Position numbers and translations under genes: made by a program. From the IMG/VR virus record IMGVR_UViG_3300028393_000024: DNA of 64,000 nt, one strand, 5' to 3'. This document shows, one piece after another, positions 47,987-56,434 of this stretch; the stretch's first letter is position 1; each line of letters begins with the position of its first letter. The notes beneath the pieces are model-generated. The model was not told where the DNA came from. It worked only from the letters and a program-made list of their open reading frames with translations, and searched no databases. Source of the DNA: an uncultured virus (IMG/VR IMGVR_UViG_3300028393_000024). Its lineage: Duplodnaviria > Heunggongvirae > Uroviricota > Caudoviricetes.

Positions 47987-49101
47987 CACAATCAGCTGTT
48001 ATAGCCCAGCAAGGTGCATCAGATTACTCTGGCACCTTCAGAAATAAAATAATCAATGGCGATATGCGTATCGACCAAAGGAATGCTGGCGCATCTGTAA
48101 CTAACACAAGTGATGCAATTTACTGTATTGATAGATGGCAGATGTATGGCTATCCTCAAAACACAAGTGCTATTTCTGCGCAGCAAGTTTCCACCCCAAC
48201 ACTTTCTGGATATACTAATTCGGTAAAAATAACTTCACTTGCTGCAGCAACTGTTGGTTCTTTATCGTATACAAGTTTATGTCAACAAATTGAAGGATAT
48301 AATATTCATGATTTGGCATGGGGAACAGCTTCTGCTAAAACAGTTACACTATCTTTCTGGGTTTACTCATCAATAACAGGTGTGTTTGGTGGGTCTTTAC
48401 AAAATAGTGCAAGAAATCGTTGTTATCCATTCACTTATACTATTTCTTCTGCTAATACTTGGACTTATATTTCTTTAAGTATTCCTGGTTGTACTGATGG
48501 AACATGGTTAGTAAATAATGCAGTTGGTATTCAACTTGCATTTCAACTAGGAATAGGTTCAACATATTCTGGAACTGCTGGTTCTTGGTCTACCAGTAAT
48601 CTTTGGGGTGCAACTGGCGCAACCAATATTATAACAACCAATGGCGCAACATGGTATGTTACTGGTGTTCAGTTAGAAACTGGATCATCGGCAACTGCGT
48701 TTGAGCGTCGTCCTTTTGGTTTAGAATTATCGCTGTGTCAACGATATTACATAAAATCATATAACATAGAAACTGCTCCAGGAACAAATCAAAGTGGTGC
48801 TGGTATAGGTAACACATCATATAGAAACCAAGATTATAGTAGTACTAGATCAACATTTTCTTCTCCTGTTTATTTTCCAGTACAAATGAGAGCAACGCCC
48901 ACTGTAACAATATATTCTCTCCCTGGGACTTCTGGAAATTATAGCATTGGATCTCAACCACAATTGAATGATGGTACTGGTTCTGCTGCAGCAACAACAA
49001 TTTACTCTACAGGAACAAGAGGGTTTGCTGGAGTTGAAACTGGCGGTATTACTGCTGGGCAATTTTTTAATTTCCACTATACTGCAGTGTCGGAGTTATA
49101 A
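47983..49101 (+). CDS. Putative receptor-binding / adhesin protein (copy 5)
   Basis: FRNKIINGDMRIDQRNAG...GVQLETG...FERRPFGLELSLCQRYY; ends SEL. Confidence 0.7.
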   Translation: MTQSAVIAQQGASDYSGTFRNKIINGDMRIDQRNAGASVTNTSDAIYCIDRWQMYGYPQNTSAISAQQVSTPTLSGYTNSVKITSLAAATVGSLSYTSLCQQIEGYNIHDLAWGTASAKTVTLSFWVYSSITGVFGGSLQNSARNRCYPFTYTISSANTWTYISLSIPGCTDGTWLVNNAVGIQLAFQLGIGSTYSGTAGSWSTSNLWGATGATNIITTNGATWYVTGVQLETGSSATAFERRPFGLELSLCQRYYIKSYNIETAPGTNQSGAGIGNTSYRNQDYSSTRSTFSSPVYFPVQMRATPTVTIYSLPGTSGNYSIGSQPQLNDGTGSAAATTIYSTGTRGFAGVETGGITAGQFFNFHYTAVSEL

Positions 49102-49102
49102 C

Positions 49103-49399
49103 ATGTATAAATTAATAGAAATAACAAAAGAAGACGGATCAAAATATAAAGTTACTGATTCTGTTCAAAGAATATCTGATTTAGCATTTATTCCTTTCGA
49201 TCCATCTAATAGAGACTTTCAAGAATTCATCAGACTGCTTCATGAGTCAAGAGTAAATAAAGCAACTGGTAAAGCAGACAATGGATTTAAACTTTTCAAT
49301 GCCGATGATGACACAGAAGTTGATATAGATATACTGAAGCAGTTAGAACAAAAATATTTCTTAGGTCCACGTGAGTGGGTCAATGCTCAACAATTTTAA
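49103..49399 (+). CDS. Small fibre partner / chaperone
   Basis: MYKLIE...FIPFDPSNRDFQEF; start moved to ATG 49103. Confidence 0.65.
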   Translation: MYKLIEITKEDGSKYKVTDSVQRISDLAFIPFDPSNRDFQEFIRLLHESRVNKATGKADNGFKLFNADDDTEVDIDILKQLEQKYFLGPREWVNAQQF

Positions 49400-49411
49400 A
49401 GGAAAAAAGAT

Positions 49412-49591
49412 ATGGCAATTTTAAAAGTTCAACCAGCAATGAACGCTGGTCCATTCTTTGAGAATATTCAAACTATTAGCACCAGCTACACAATTAGTGC
49501 TAATAGCAACGCAGTTTCCGCTGGTCCAGTGACAATTGCCTCAGGCATTACTGTTACTATTCCATCGGGCAGTCGTTGGATTATTCTATAA
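49412..49591 (+). CDS. Small beta-strand virion protein (below ORF-track cutoff)
   Basis: Manual translation, 59 aa: MAILKVQP...FFENIQTISTSYTI..NSNAVSAGPVTIASGITVTIPSGSRWIIL*; AAGGA SD. Confidence 0.7.
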   Translation: MAILKVQPAMNAGPFFENIQTISTSYTISANSNAVSAGPVTIASGITVTIPSGSRWIIL

Positions 49592-49594
49592 ATA
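49587..49594 (+). promoter_or_regulatory. T4-type late promoter TATAAATA
   Basis: Exact consensus overlapping the stop codon, upstream of ATG 49618. Confidence 0.65.
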
Positions 49595-49617
49595 GAAAAA
49601 GATAAGGATAAACTATA

Positions 49618-50148
49618 ATGGCTGTGACTATCAATGCCACCACAACGCAAGGTTTACTGGTAACACCAGATAACAGTGGACTACTTCAATTTCAATTGAA
49701 TGGTGTTAATCTACCACAACCAACTGTTATGCCATGTTTCAGTGTTACTAGATCCGCTGATCAAAGTGTTACTCAAAATGCATACACAAGAATAAACTGG
49801 GATGTAAAAAACTTTGACACAAATAATAATTTTGATGCATCTACAAATTATAGATATACTCCAACTGTAGCTGGATATTATATATTTCACTGTGGGTTTT
49901 TCAATAATCCAGGTGGAGCGGGACAGTTTGTTACAGCAGTTAGAAAGAATGGTGGCAATCAATCCCCAGTTGGAAATTTGGTGATTGGTGGTACAGCAGT
50001 CGGTGGCGGTACAATGGTATCAACGACTGTTTTACTATTTGCAAATGGAAGTACTGATTATTTTGATACTGCAATTTATGCATCAACTGCATCGCCAACT
50101 ATCCAAGCATCTTCTACATTCTATGGTTATTTTGTGAGAGGTGTATAA
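49618..50148 (+). CDS. C1q/TNF-like jelly-roll fibre head protein (1)
   Basis: PCFSV...FDTNNNFD...RYTPTVAGYYIF...NGSTDYF. Confidence 0.65.
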   Translation: MAVTINATTTQGLLVTPDNSGLLQFQLNGVNLPQPTVMPCFSVTRSADQSVTQNAYTRINWDVKNFDTNNNFDASTNYRYTPTVAGYYIFHCGFFNNPGGAGQFVTAVRKNGGNQSPVGNLVIGGTAVGGGTMVSTTVLLFANGSTDYFDTAIYASTASPTIQASSTFYGYFVRGV

Positions 50149-50327
50149 TGACATTATACCAAAAAATTATTAGACTATACCCAGAACTTGAGACATATGA
50201 TTTTGCTTTTGGTGCTATTCGTTTAGAAAACAACTCTGATGGTGATGGTGAGTTCATTGCCAAGTGGGAACACCCAACTTTAAAACAACCAACTCGTGCG
50301 CAATTAAATGCGGTTAAGGATAAGTAA
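50148..50327 (+). CDS. XkdW-like small tail protein (below ORF-track cutoff)
   Basis: Manual translation, 59 aa: MTLYQKIIRLYPEL...LENNSDGDGEFIAKWEHPTLKQPT. Confidence 0.65.
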   Translation: MTLYQKIIRLYPELETYDFAFGAIRLENNSDGDGEFIAKWEHPTLKQPTRAQLNAVKDK

Positions 50328-50878
50328 TGGCTGTAACTTTTAATGCTACAACAACTCAGGGAATGATTGTTACTCCAGATAACAGCGGAACATTTCAGTT
50401 TCAGTCTAATGGCGCAAACATCGCAACACTCACTGCTGCTCCTGCGTTTAGTGCTTATTCATCATCGACTCAAATTGTTTCTTCTGGGGTAACCACAAAA
50501 GTAATTTTTGGTACAGAGTCATATGACACCAACTCTAATTACGACACCACATTATCTAGATTTACACCAACTGTAGCGGGTTATTACCAAATGAATGTTT
50601 CAATTGCAACGGCTGCAGATACTAGTATTTCCAGTTCTAGATTTTATATAGCAAAGAACGGCTCTGGTCAATATGTCCCCTCAATTGAAAATACAGGATT
50701 GACTGGTACTGGATATTACACACCAGCATTTGCTGCTCTAGTTTATGCAAATGGAACAACTGATTATTTTGAAGTTTATGGTTTTGTTGAAGGTACTGGG
50801 ACAAACAGATACTTTTTTTCTTCTAGTACTGGAATACACGCAACAGTATTTCAAGGTATATTGGTAAGGAGCGCATAA
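50327..50878 (+). CDS. C1q/TNF-like jelly-roll fibre head protein (2)
   Basis: PAFSAY...YDTNSNYD...RFTPTVAGYYQM...NGTTDYFEV; paralogue of 49618..50148. Confidence 0.65.
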   Translation: MAVTFNATTTQGMIVTPDNSGTFQFQSNGANIATLTAAPAFSAYSSSTQIVSSGVTTKVIFGTESYDTNSNYDTTLSRFTPTVAGYYQMNVSIATAADTSISSSRFYIAKNGSGQYVPSIENTGLTGTGYYTPAFAALVYANGTTDYFEVYGFVEGTGTNRYFFSSSTGIHATVFQGILVRSA

Positions 50879-50879
50879 C

Positions 50880-51062
50880 ATGACATTGCCAGAAAAAATT
50901 AAAGCACTTTATCCAGAATTAGTAGATGCTGATTTTATGGGACGAAACGCAACCATACATCTTCAAAACGATTCAGACGGAAAAGGCGACTACATCGCTG
51001 AGTGGAAACACCCTACCTTGGCCAAGCCAACACAAGAACAATTAGATGCAGTTAAGGAATAA
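50880..51062 (+). CDS. XkdW-like small tail protein
   Basis: LQNDSDGKGDYIAEWKHPTLAKPT. Confidence 0.65.
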   Translation: MTLPEKIKALYPELVDADFMGRNATIHLQNDSDGKGDYIAEWKHPTLAKPTQEQLDAVKE

Positions 51063-51065
51063 TAA

Positions 51066-52196
51066 ATGCTAGTACTAAGCGGTAATGACAATGTTGTAAC
51101 TGTTCCAGCACTATCTGGTAGTACTGGTGGTACAACAACTGGTCTGTACTATCCAACAAGCAATCAAGTAGCACTGGCCACTAATGGTTCAGAAGCAATA
51201 CGCATCGATAACAATCAAAATGTATTGGTTGGGTCTGGAAGCAGTAATCCATTCAATAGCAAATTTTATCTAACTGGAACACCCACTGCAAATGCACCTA
51301 TTGCTAGTTTTTATAGTCAAGGTAATTCAAGCACAGCAGGTATTGGTTTATATAACGATTCAGCAAGCGTTGGAATTTGGTCATCCTCTGGAAATTTAAT
51401 ATTTAGAACAAATGGAAATTTAGCGTCTGGCTCAGAAACAATGCGTATCGACTCCTCAGGTTTTGTTGGTATCGGCACAAATTCTCCATCTAGTTATGGA
51501 AAATTATCAGTTACTGGAACAACATCATTGGGTGTTGATCAAACCAGTTTCATATCTGTACTCGGTGGTGGTGGAACTGCAAGACTTGAAGGAAATGGTT
51601 CTGATACAAACATTAATGTTTCCTTATCTACAAAAGGTACTGGTGCACATTATTTTTGGCGTGGTGGTTATGGTGGAAGTATTACAGCACTTTTTGATGG
51701 TAGTGGTAAAGTAGGAATCGGTACAACAAACACCACTGCCAGTGTTCACTTATTTAACTCAAGTTCCGCTGGTTTTAGAATGACTGGTGGTATTGCTGAT
51801 AGTGATATCTGGCAAAGACAAGTTGTTCAGTTCGTGAATGTATTTACTTGGGCAACTGTTCTTTCCATAACTCCATCCACTGCAGGTAATACTTGGATGC
51901 GTGGGTATGTGAAGGCAAGTATTTCTGGACACAACTCTGGTAACTATAATGCAGCTTTAATTGATGCCATTTGGTATCTAGATTTAAATGGCGGTTCTGG
52001 TGCAACTTCAGCGCAGGTTTCTGCAGGTACGGCAACTGGAGGTGGTACTCCTGGATTTAGAGTAAATATGTCTGGTAATGTGTGGCAGATTCAAGTGCAG
52101 GCTCCTGTTACAGCACAACGATATGATGGCTGCGTTGCTCTTGAAATTGTACTATCACATGGTGCTGGTACTACCGCAACATTCACTATCGCTTAA
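51066..52196 (+). CDS. Tail fibre-like protein
   Basis: EAIRIDNNQNV, ETMRIDSSGFVGIGT and GKVGIGTT fibre repeats. Confidence 0.65.
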   Translation: MLVLSGNDNVVTVPALSGSTGGTTTGLYYPTSNQVALATNGSEAIRIDNNQNVLVGSGSSNPFNSKFYLTGTPTANAPIASFYSQGNSSTAGIGLYNDSASVGIWSSSGNLIFRTNGNLASGSETMRIDSSGFVGIGTNSPSSYGKLSVTGTTSLGVDQTSFISVLGGGGTARLEGNGSDTNINVSLSTKGTGAHYFWRGGYGGSITALFDGSGKVGIGTTNTTASVHLFNSSSAGFRMTGGIADSDIWQRQVVQFVNVFTWATVLSITPSTAGNTWMRGYVKASISGHNSGNYNAALIDAIWYLDLNGGSGATSAQVSAGTATGGGTPGFRVNMSGNVWQIQVQAPVTAQRYDGCVALEIVLSHGAGTTATFTIA

Positions 52197-52203
52197 GGAA
52201 ATT

Positions 52204-52413
52204 ATGGAATATAATTTATCCCCAGAACAAGTCCTATTCAGTAAGTGGATGGATATTCGTCGACAAAGAAATCGTTTGTTGGCAGAAACAGATTGGTGGG
52301 CAGTATCTGACAGAGTTATGTCTGACGATGAAAAACAATATCGTCAGGATCTAAGAGATTTGCCAAGCAAGTTTAATACTCCTGAAGATGTAGTGTTTCC
52401 TGAAAACCCTTAA
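52204..52413 (+). CDS. Phage tail assembly chaperone-like protein
   Basis: IRRQRNRLLAETDW...YRQDLRDLP...FP motif; ATG 52204 after AAGGA. Confidence 0.75.
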   Translation: MEYNLSPEQVLFSKWMDIRRQRNRLLAETDWWAVSDRVMSDDEKQYRQDLRDLPSKFNTPEDVVFPENP

Positions 52414-52432
52414 TATAAAGTAGAGAAAATAA

Positions 52433-53047
52433 ATGGCAATCATACTAGACGGATCACTGGGAGAATCCAATGCTTCTTGGACAACTTCAGGTCGCCCATC
52501 AAGTCCATCAGCTGGGCAGATGGGTTTCAATACGACACTGGGTGCCATTGAAACATATAATGGCAGTGCTTGGTATCAGGCAGGTAGAGCAGGGAATGTA
52601 ATACAGGTAGTTCAATATTCTACTGGTTCAAGTTATTCAGTCACCTCTACAACTTTTACAGCTACTGGATGGACGGGATCAATTACTCCACAGTTTTCAA
52701 CTAGTAAAATTCTAGTTAGTATTAGTGCTGGTCAATGGAGAATTACTACAAATGCCCTTCAAGAAGGATGGGCTCAATTGTGGAGAAGTATTGGTGGTGG
52801 GGCATATTCAGCACTAGGTCAAACTGGTGGAGCTGCTGGTGGTAGTGGTGATATCCACGAGATTCTAATACCGCCTGCTAATAATCCATTTGCAGTTTCT
52901 CATAGTGTTTTGTATTTAGATAGTCCAAATACAACTTCTCAAGTAACTTACCAACCATATGCTAAAACTAATAGTAGTGGTACGACAATTTATTATAACA
53001 TGTCCAGCCCTGTTATGCTTATGACTTTAATGGAGATTGCAGCATGA
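52433..53047 (+). CDS. Short fibre / adhesin protein
   Basis: GQMGFNTT..AIETYNGSAW, GNVIQVVQ, ITPQFSTSKILV, LDSPNTTSQVTY and TLMEIAA. Confidence 0.65.
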   Translation: MAIILDGSLGESNASWTTSGRPSSPSAGQMGFNTTLGAIETYNGSAWYQAGRAGNVIQVVQYSTGSSYSVTSTTFTATGWTGSITPQFSTSKILVSISAGQWRITTNALQEGWAQLWRSIGGGAYSALGQTGGAAGGSGDIHEILIPPANNPFAVSHSVLYLDSPNTTSQVTYQPYAKTNSSGTTIYYNMSSPVMLMTLMEIAA

Positions 53048-53307
53048 TTCTTAAACATGAAGCGATTTATGCAACACATCCTAATGTGGTTAATATCCGT
53101 GGCGATGTTGCGTATGACCAAAACGAAAATATCGTTGAATATGATGAGGCAGTTGTTCAAGCACATATCGACGCAAATGAATATAAAGAACTTCGCCGAG
53201 CAGAATATCCATCCTACGCAGATCAATTTGATACAATTTTCCATGACGGAATTGATGCGTGGAAAGCAAAGATTCAAGCAGTGAAAACTAAATATCCAAA
53301 AGGATAA
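53044..53307 (+). CDS. Small fibre partner protein
   Basis: RRAEYPSYADQFD...WKAKIQAVKTKYPK; ATGA overlap. Confidence 0.65.
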   Translation: MILKHEAIYATHPNVVNIRGDVAYDQNENIVEYDEAVVQAHIDANEYKELRRAEYPSYADQFDTIFHDGIDAWKAKIQAVKTKYPKG

Positions 53308-53310
53308 TAA

Positions 53311-54378
53311 ATGGCATACGGTAATCTAGCAGTTGACACAATAACAACAAGTACGGGACAAATCATTGGTGCTTCTTCATCAGCCACGATGAAGAATCGT
53401 ATCATCAATGGTGATATGCGTATTGATCAAAGATATGCTGGCTCTGCAACTGCCAACAGTATTAATTCATATACTGTTGATAGATGGGAAGTGTGGCAAA
53501 CTACAACTGGAAAACTTGTGGCACAACAAGTTACTGATGCGCCAACTGGTTTTATAAATTCGTTGAAAGTCACATCACAATCAGCATATTCAATGTCTAC
53601 TGGTGAATTGTTTAGAATATTACAATTTATTGAGGGTTATAATGTCGCCGATTTCGCCTATGGAACTGCCTCTGCTGTAACAGTTACATTATCATTTTGG
53701 GCTAAATCGTCTTTAACTGGAACATTCGGTGGCGCATATGGTAGAAATGATGGTCTAAGAACTTACCCATTCGTTTATACAATAAATCAAGCAAATACTT
53801 GGGAATATAAAACTATTGTAATTCCTGGCGATACATCAGGAACATACGCTAAAGATAATACTGCAGCAATTGCTTTACAATTTTGTTTAGGTATTGGTAC
53901 TGCTGCTATTGGCGGAACTGCATTTACATGGGGTACTTCAGCAGTTGGTGCTTCTGTGGTAGGAACATCAGTTGTCGGTACATCTGGTGCTACATATCAA
54001 ATAACTGGTGTTCAGTTAGAAGTTGGTTCAACTGCAACTACTTTTGACTATCGTCACTATGGTCAAGAGTTACAGTTGTGTCAACGCTACTATCAGTCTC
54101 TAGGAAATGTTGGTCTATCATCTTATAATGCTTCAGGAGTAATTGGGTTTGTTTTTCCAACTGCAATGAGAGCAACACCAACAATTACATGGAGTTATAA
54201 CGGCACAAGTAATGCAATTTATAGATTTGCCGATGCTGTAGTATCAACACTATCATCGCCTACTGTAATTGCTACTAATACTGGAATGCAAACTATGTAC
54301 GCTTTTAGTCCAGCAAGTTGGGCAGGGGCATCTGGATATGGATATCAAGCAGCATTTGTTCTTAATGCGGAGTTATAA
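53311..54378 (+). CDS. Putative receptor-binding / adhesin protein (copy 6)
   Basis: KNRIINGDMRIDQR...GVQLEVG..ATTFDYRHYGQELQLCQRYY; ends AEL. Confidence 0.7.
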   Translation: MAYGNLAVDTITTSTGQIIGASSSATMKNRIINGDMRIDQRYAGSATANSINSYTVDRWEVWQTTTGKLVAQQVTDAPTGFINSLKVTSQSAYSMSTGELFRILQFIEGYNVADFAYGTASAVTVTLSFWAKSSLTGTFGGAYGRNDGLRTYPFVYTINQANTWEYKTIVIPGDTSGTYAKDNTAAIALQFCLGIGTAAIGGTAFTWGTSAVGASVVGTSVVGTSGATYQITGVQLEVGSTATTFDYRHYGQELQLCQRYYQSLGNVGLSSYNASGVIGFVFPTAMRATPTITWSYNGTSNAIYRFADAVVSTLSSPTVIATNTGMQTMYAFSPASWAGASGYGYQAAFVLNAEL

Positions 54379-54379
54379 A

Positions 54380-54577
54380 ATGACAAATTATGTTTCAGGT
54401 CCAATGTATAAAATAGTTTTAGGTAGAATTGAAAAAAATATCTGTGGTATTATTAGATTAACAGATGATGCGTTTATTCCAATGGATCCAGCAAACAGAG
54501 ATTATGCAGAGTATTTAAAGTGGATCGACGCAGGAAATGTGCCACAGTTACCTGACCTTCCTCAAGAAAACACATAG
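54380..54577 (+). CDS. Small fibre partner / chaperone
   Basis: FIPMDPANRDYAEYLKWIDAGN; start moved to ATG 54380. Confidence 0.7.
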   Translation: MTNYVSGPMYKIVLGRIEKNICGIIRLTDDAFIPMDPANRDYAEYLKWIDAGNVPQLPDLPQENT

Positions 54578-54586
54578 GAATAATAA

Positions 54587-55567
54587 ATGGCATACGGTAA
54601 TTTAGCAGTTGATACGATAACAACCAGCACTGGTCAAGTGGTCGGTGCATCTTCTGCTTCTAGCATGAAGAATCGTCTTATCAATGGCGCCATGACATTT
54701 TGGCAGCGTGGTACAAGTTCATCTTCGACAGGTTATCTTGCTGATCGTTGGAATTTCTATGCTGACTCATCAAGAACTTTTGCTCGTTCAACTGATGTAC
54801 CATCTGGATTTCAATATTCTTCTTCCTTGACTGGAACAGGTAGCACTGGACTTACACAATACATTGAGTCTGTTAACTGTGCCGATCTTGGTGCGCAAAC
54901 AATCACTGTTTCTTTTTGGTTGAAACAAACTTCAGGCGCAGGTACTAACGCAATCGCACTAAACCTTTACTACGCAAGCACTACAGATGCTACCTATTCA
55001 ACTAGAATCGGCACTCAGCAACAATTCAATACAACTTCTTCATGGCAACAATATAGTGCTACTTTCACAGCACTTCCATCTTCTGTTGCCAATGGTATTC
55101 AGGTAACAATAGTAACAACAAGTGGATCGGCAGTGACTTTCCTTGTTACTGGTGTTCAGGTAGAACTCGGTGCTTCGCCAACTTCCTATGAGTACAGACA
55201 CTATGGACAAGAGTTGAGATTATGTCTAAGATACTATGAGATTATGAATGATCAATATTATCCACTACATATTCCTTATGGATATTCACTATATGCTGCT
55301 GGATATTGGAGATTTTTAGAACCAAAAAGAGCAACACCAACAGTATCAGATGCAAGAAGTGTAACTGGTACAACATTTGCTAGTGCTGTTGATCAATTTG
55401 GTCAAGGATCTTTTACACCGACCAGCATGCAAATTGATAGTCCTACACAATATGGTTGTCGCATTGCTTTAATTTTTACTGGTTCTCTTGGAACAGCAGG
55501 AACTACCCATGGTGATATGATTAATATACAAAAATCTGGTTTCTTCCAAGCAAGTGCGGAGTTATAA
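54587..55567 (+). CDS. Putative receptor-binding / adhesin protein (copy 7)
   Basis: KNRLINGAMTFWQRGT...GVQVELG...YEYRHYGQELRLCLRYY; ends AEL. Confidence 0.7.
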   Translation: MAYGNLAVDTITTSTGQVVGASSASSMKNRLINGAMTFWQRGTSSSSTGYLADRWNFYADSSRTFARSTDVPSGFQYSSSLTGTGSTGLTQYIESVNCADLGAQTITVSFWLKQTSGAGTNAIALNLYYASTTDATYSTRIGTQQQFNTTSSWQQYSATFTALPSSVANGIQVTIVTTSGSAVTFLVTGVQVELGASPTSYEYRHYGQELRLCLRYYEIMNDQYYPLHIPYGYSLYAAGYWRFLEPKRATPTVSDARSVTGTTFASAVDQFGQGSFTPTSMQIDSPTQYGCRIALIFTGSLGTAGTTHGDMINIQKSGFFQASAEL

Positions 55568-55752
55568 TGTACAAATTTTACAAAAAGATGGATAGTACAA
55601 TTGATGATACTGGTATCATTCGTATGTTCAATTCGTGGAATGAACCAACACCGAACCCTGCTTATGTTCCCTTTGATCCAAAGAACAGAGACTATCAAGA
55701 GTATCTTAAGTGGCTTGCCATTGGAAATACACCACTTCCTGCTGATGATTAA
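55567..55752 (+). CDS. Small fibre partner / chaperone
   Basis: YVPFDPKNRDYQEYLKWLAIGNTPLPADD. Confidence 0.7.
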   Translation: MYKFYKKMDSTIDDTGIIRMFNSWNEPTPNPAYVPFDPKNRDYQEYLKWLAIGNTPLPADD

Positions 55753-55757
55753 TTAGA

Positions 55758-55780
55758 GACCCCACTGCGGTGGGGTTTTA
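55758..55780 (+). terminator. Rho-independent terminator closing the adhesin cassette array
   Basis: ACCCCAC-TGCG-GTGGGGT followed by TTT. Confidence 0.8.
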
Positions 55781-55799
55781 TCTTTGCATTCTCCAGTTT

Positions 55800-55807
55800 T
55801 ATAAATA
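55800..55807 (+). promoter_or_regulatory. T4-type late promoter TATAAATA
   Basis: Exact consensus immediately after the terminator and before GAGG-ATG 55833. Confidence 0.8.
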
Positions 55808-55832
55808 TAGATATAACAGTCTGAGGATATTG

Positions 55833-56168
55833 ATGGCGACAATAAGTAATTTAGTGGTTGATCAAGGTACTACCTTTAGTAGCATCATTTCGCTCACAAA
55901 TCAAGATGGAACAGCAATGAATTTGACAAGTTACACTGTTAAGTCGCAGTTCCGTAAGTCGTATCAATCTTCATCAGCAACAAATTTTACAGCATCTGTT
56001 TTTAATGCCACAGCTGGACAGATTAGATTACAACTTAGTCCGACAGATACTTCTGGTCTTCAAGCAGGTAGATACTTGTACGATATTGAGTTAACTTCAC
56101 CGACAGGCGAGAAATCTCGTGCGTTGGAAGGGTTAGTTATACTTACTCCAGAAATTACTAAGACATGA
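55833..56168 (+). CDS. Conserved small virion protein (Ig-like / BppU N-terminal-like)
   Basis: NLVVDQGTTF...NLTSYTVKSQFRKSY...GRYLYDIEL...LEG...TPEIT; start moved to ATG 55833. Confidence 0.7.
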   Translation: MATISNLVVDQGTTFSSIISLTNQDGTAMNLTSYTVKSQFRKSYQSSSATNFTASVFNATAGQIRLQLSPTDTSGLQAGRYLYDIELTSPTGEKSRALEGLVILTPEITKT

Positions 56169-56416
56169 GTGATATAACAGCAACTGTAATTACTGGTTCA
56201 AATATCAATGCGTCAATTGATGTGCAATCGATACCAACTGTATATGCGGTTGGTATCCAAGGTCTATCCGCAACACAAATTGGCATTGCTGGAATAGCTG
56301 ATGTTGATGCGCTTGGTGCCAGCGATGGATCAGTTTTGGTTTATAAAGCAGCAACAAATAAATGGACAGCAACCACAGTACTAGACTCTCAAGATGTAAC
56401 TGGTGGACAATATTAA
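56165..56416 (+). CDS. Small hypothetical virion protein
   Basis: ADVD...DGSVLVY...KW...GGQY; ATGA overlap. Confidence 0.65.
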   Translation: MSDITATVITGSNINASIDVQSIPTVYAVGIQGLSATQIGIAGIADVDALGASDGSVLVYKAATNKWTATTVLDSQDVTGGQY

Positions 56417-56434
56417 TATTCGGAGAAATAAAAG

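Larger units (their letters stand above)
40504..55567 (+). repeat. Dispersed 12-bp junction repeat (G/T)CGGAGTTATAA, seven copies
   Basis: Copies at 40504, 41840, 43062, 47740, 49090 (TCG variant), 54367 and 55556. Each encodes (A/S)EL-stop. Confidence 0.9.

Noticed and set aside
39226..55567. Diversity-generating retroelement acting on the adhesin C-termini
   Set aside because: No reverse transcriptase is in the window, and I found no near-identical template/variable repeat pair differing only at adenines. The paralogues are diverged at all positions.
40504..55567. CRISPR array or invertible shufflon based on the GCGGAGTTATAA repeat
   Set aside because: The copies are only 12 bp, lie 1-5 kb apart, are all in direct orientation and within coding sequence. 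No cas or invertase gene is seen.
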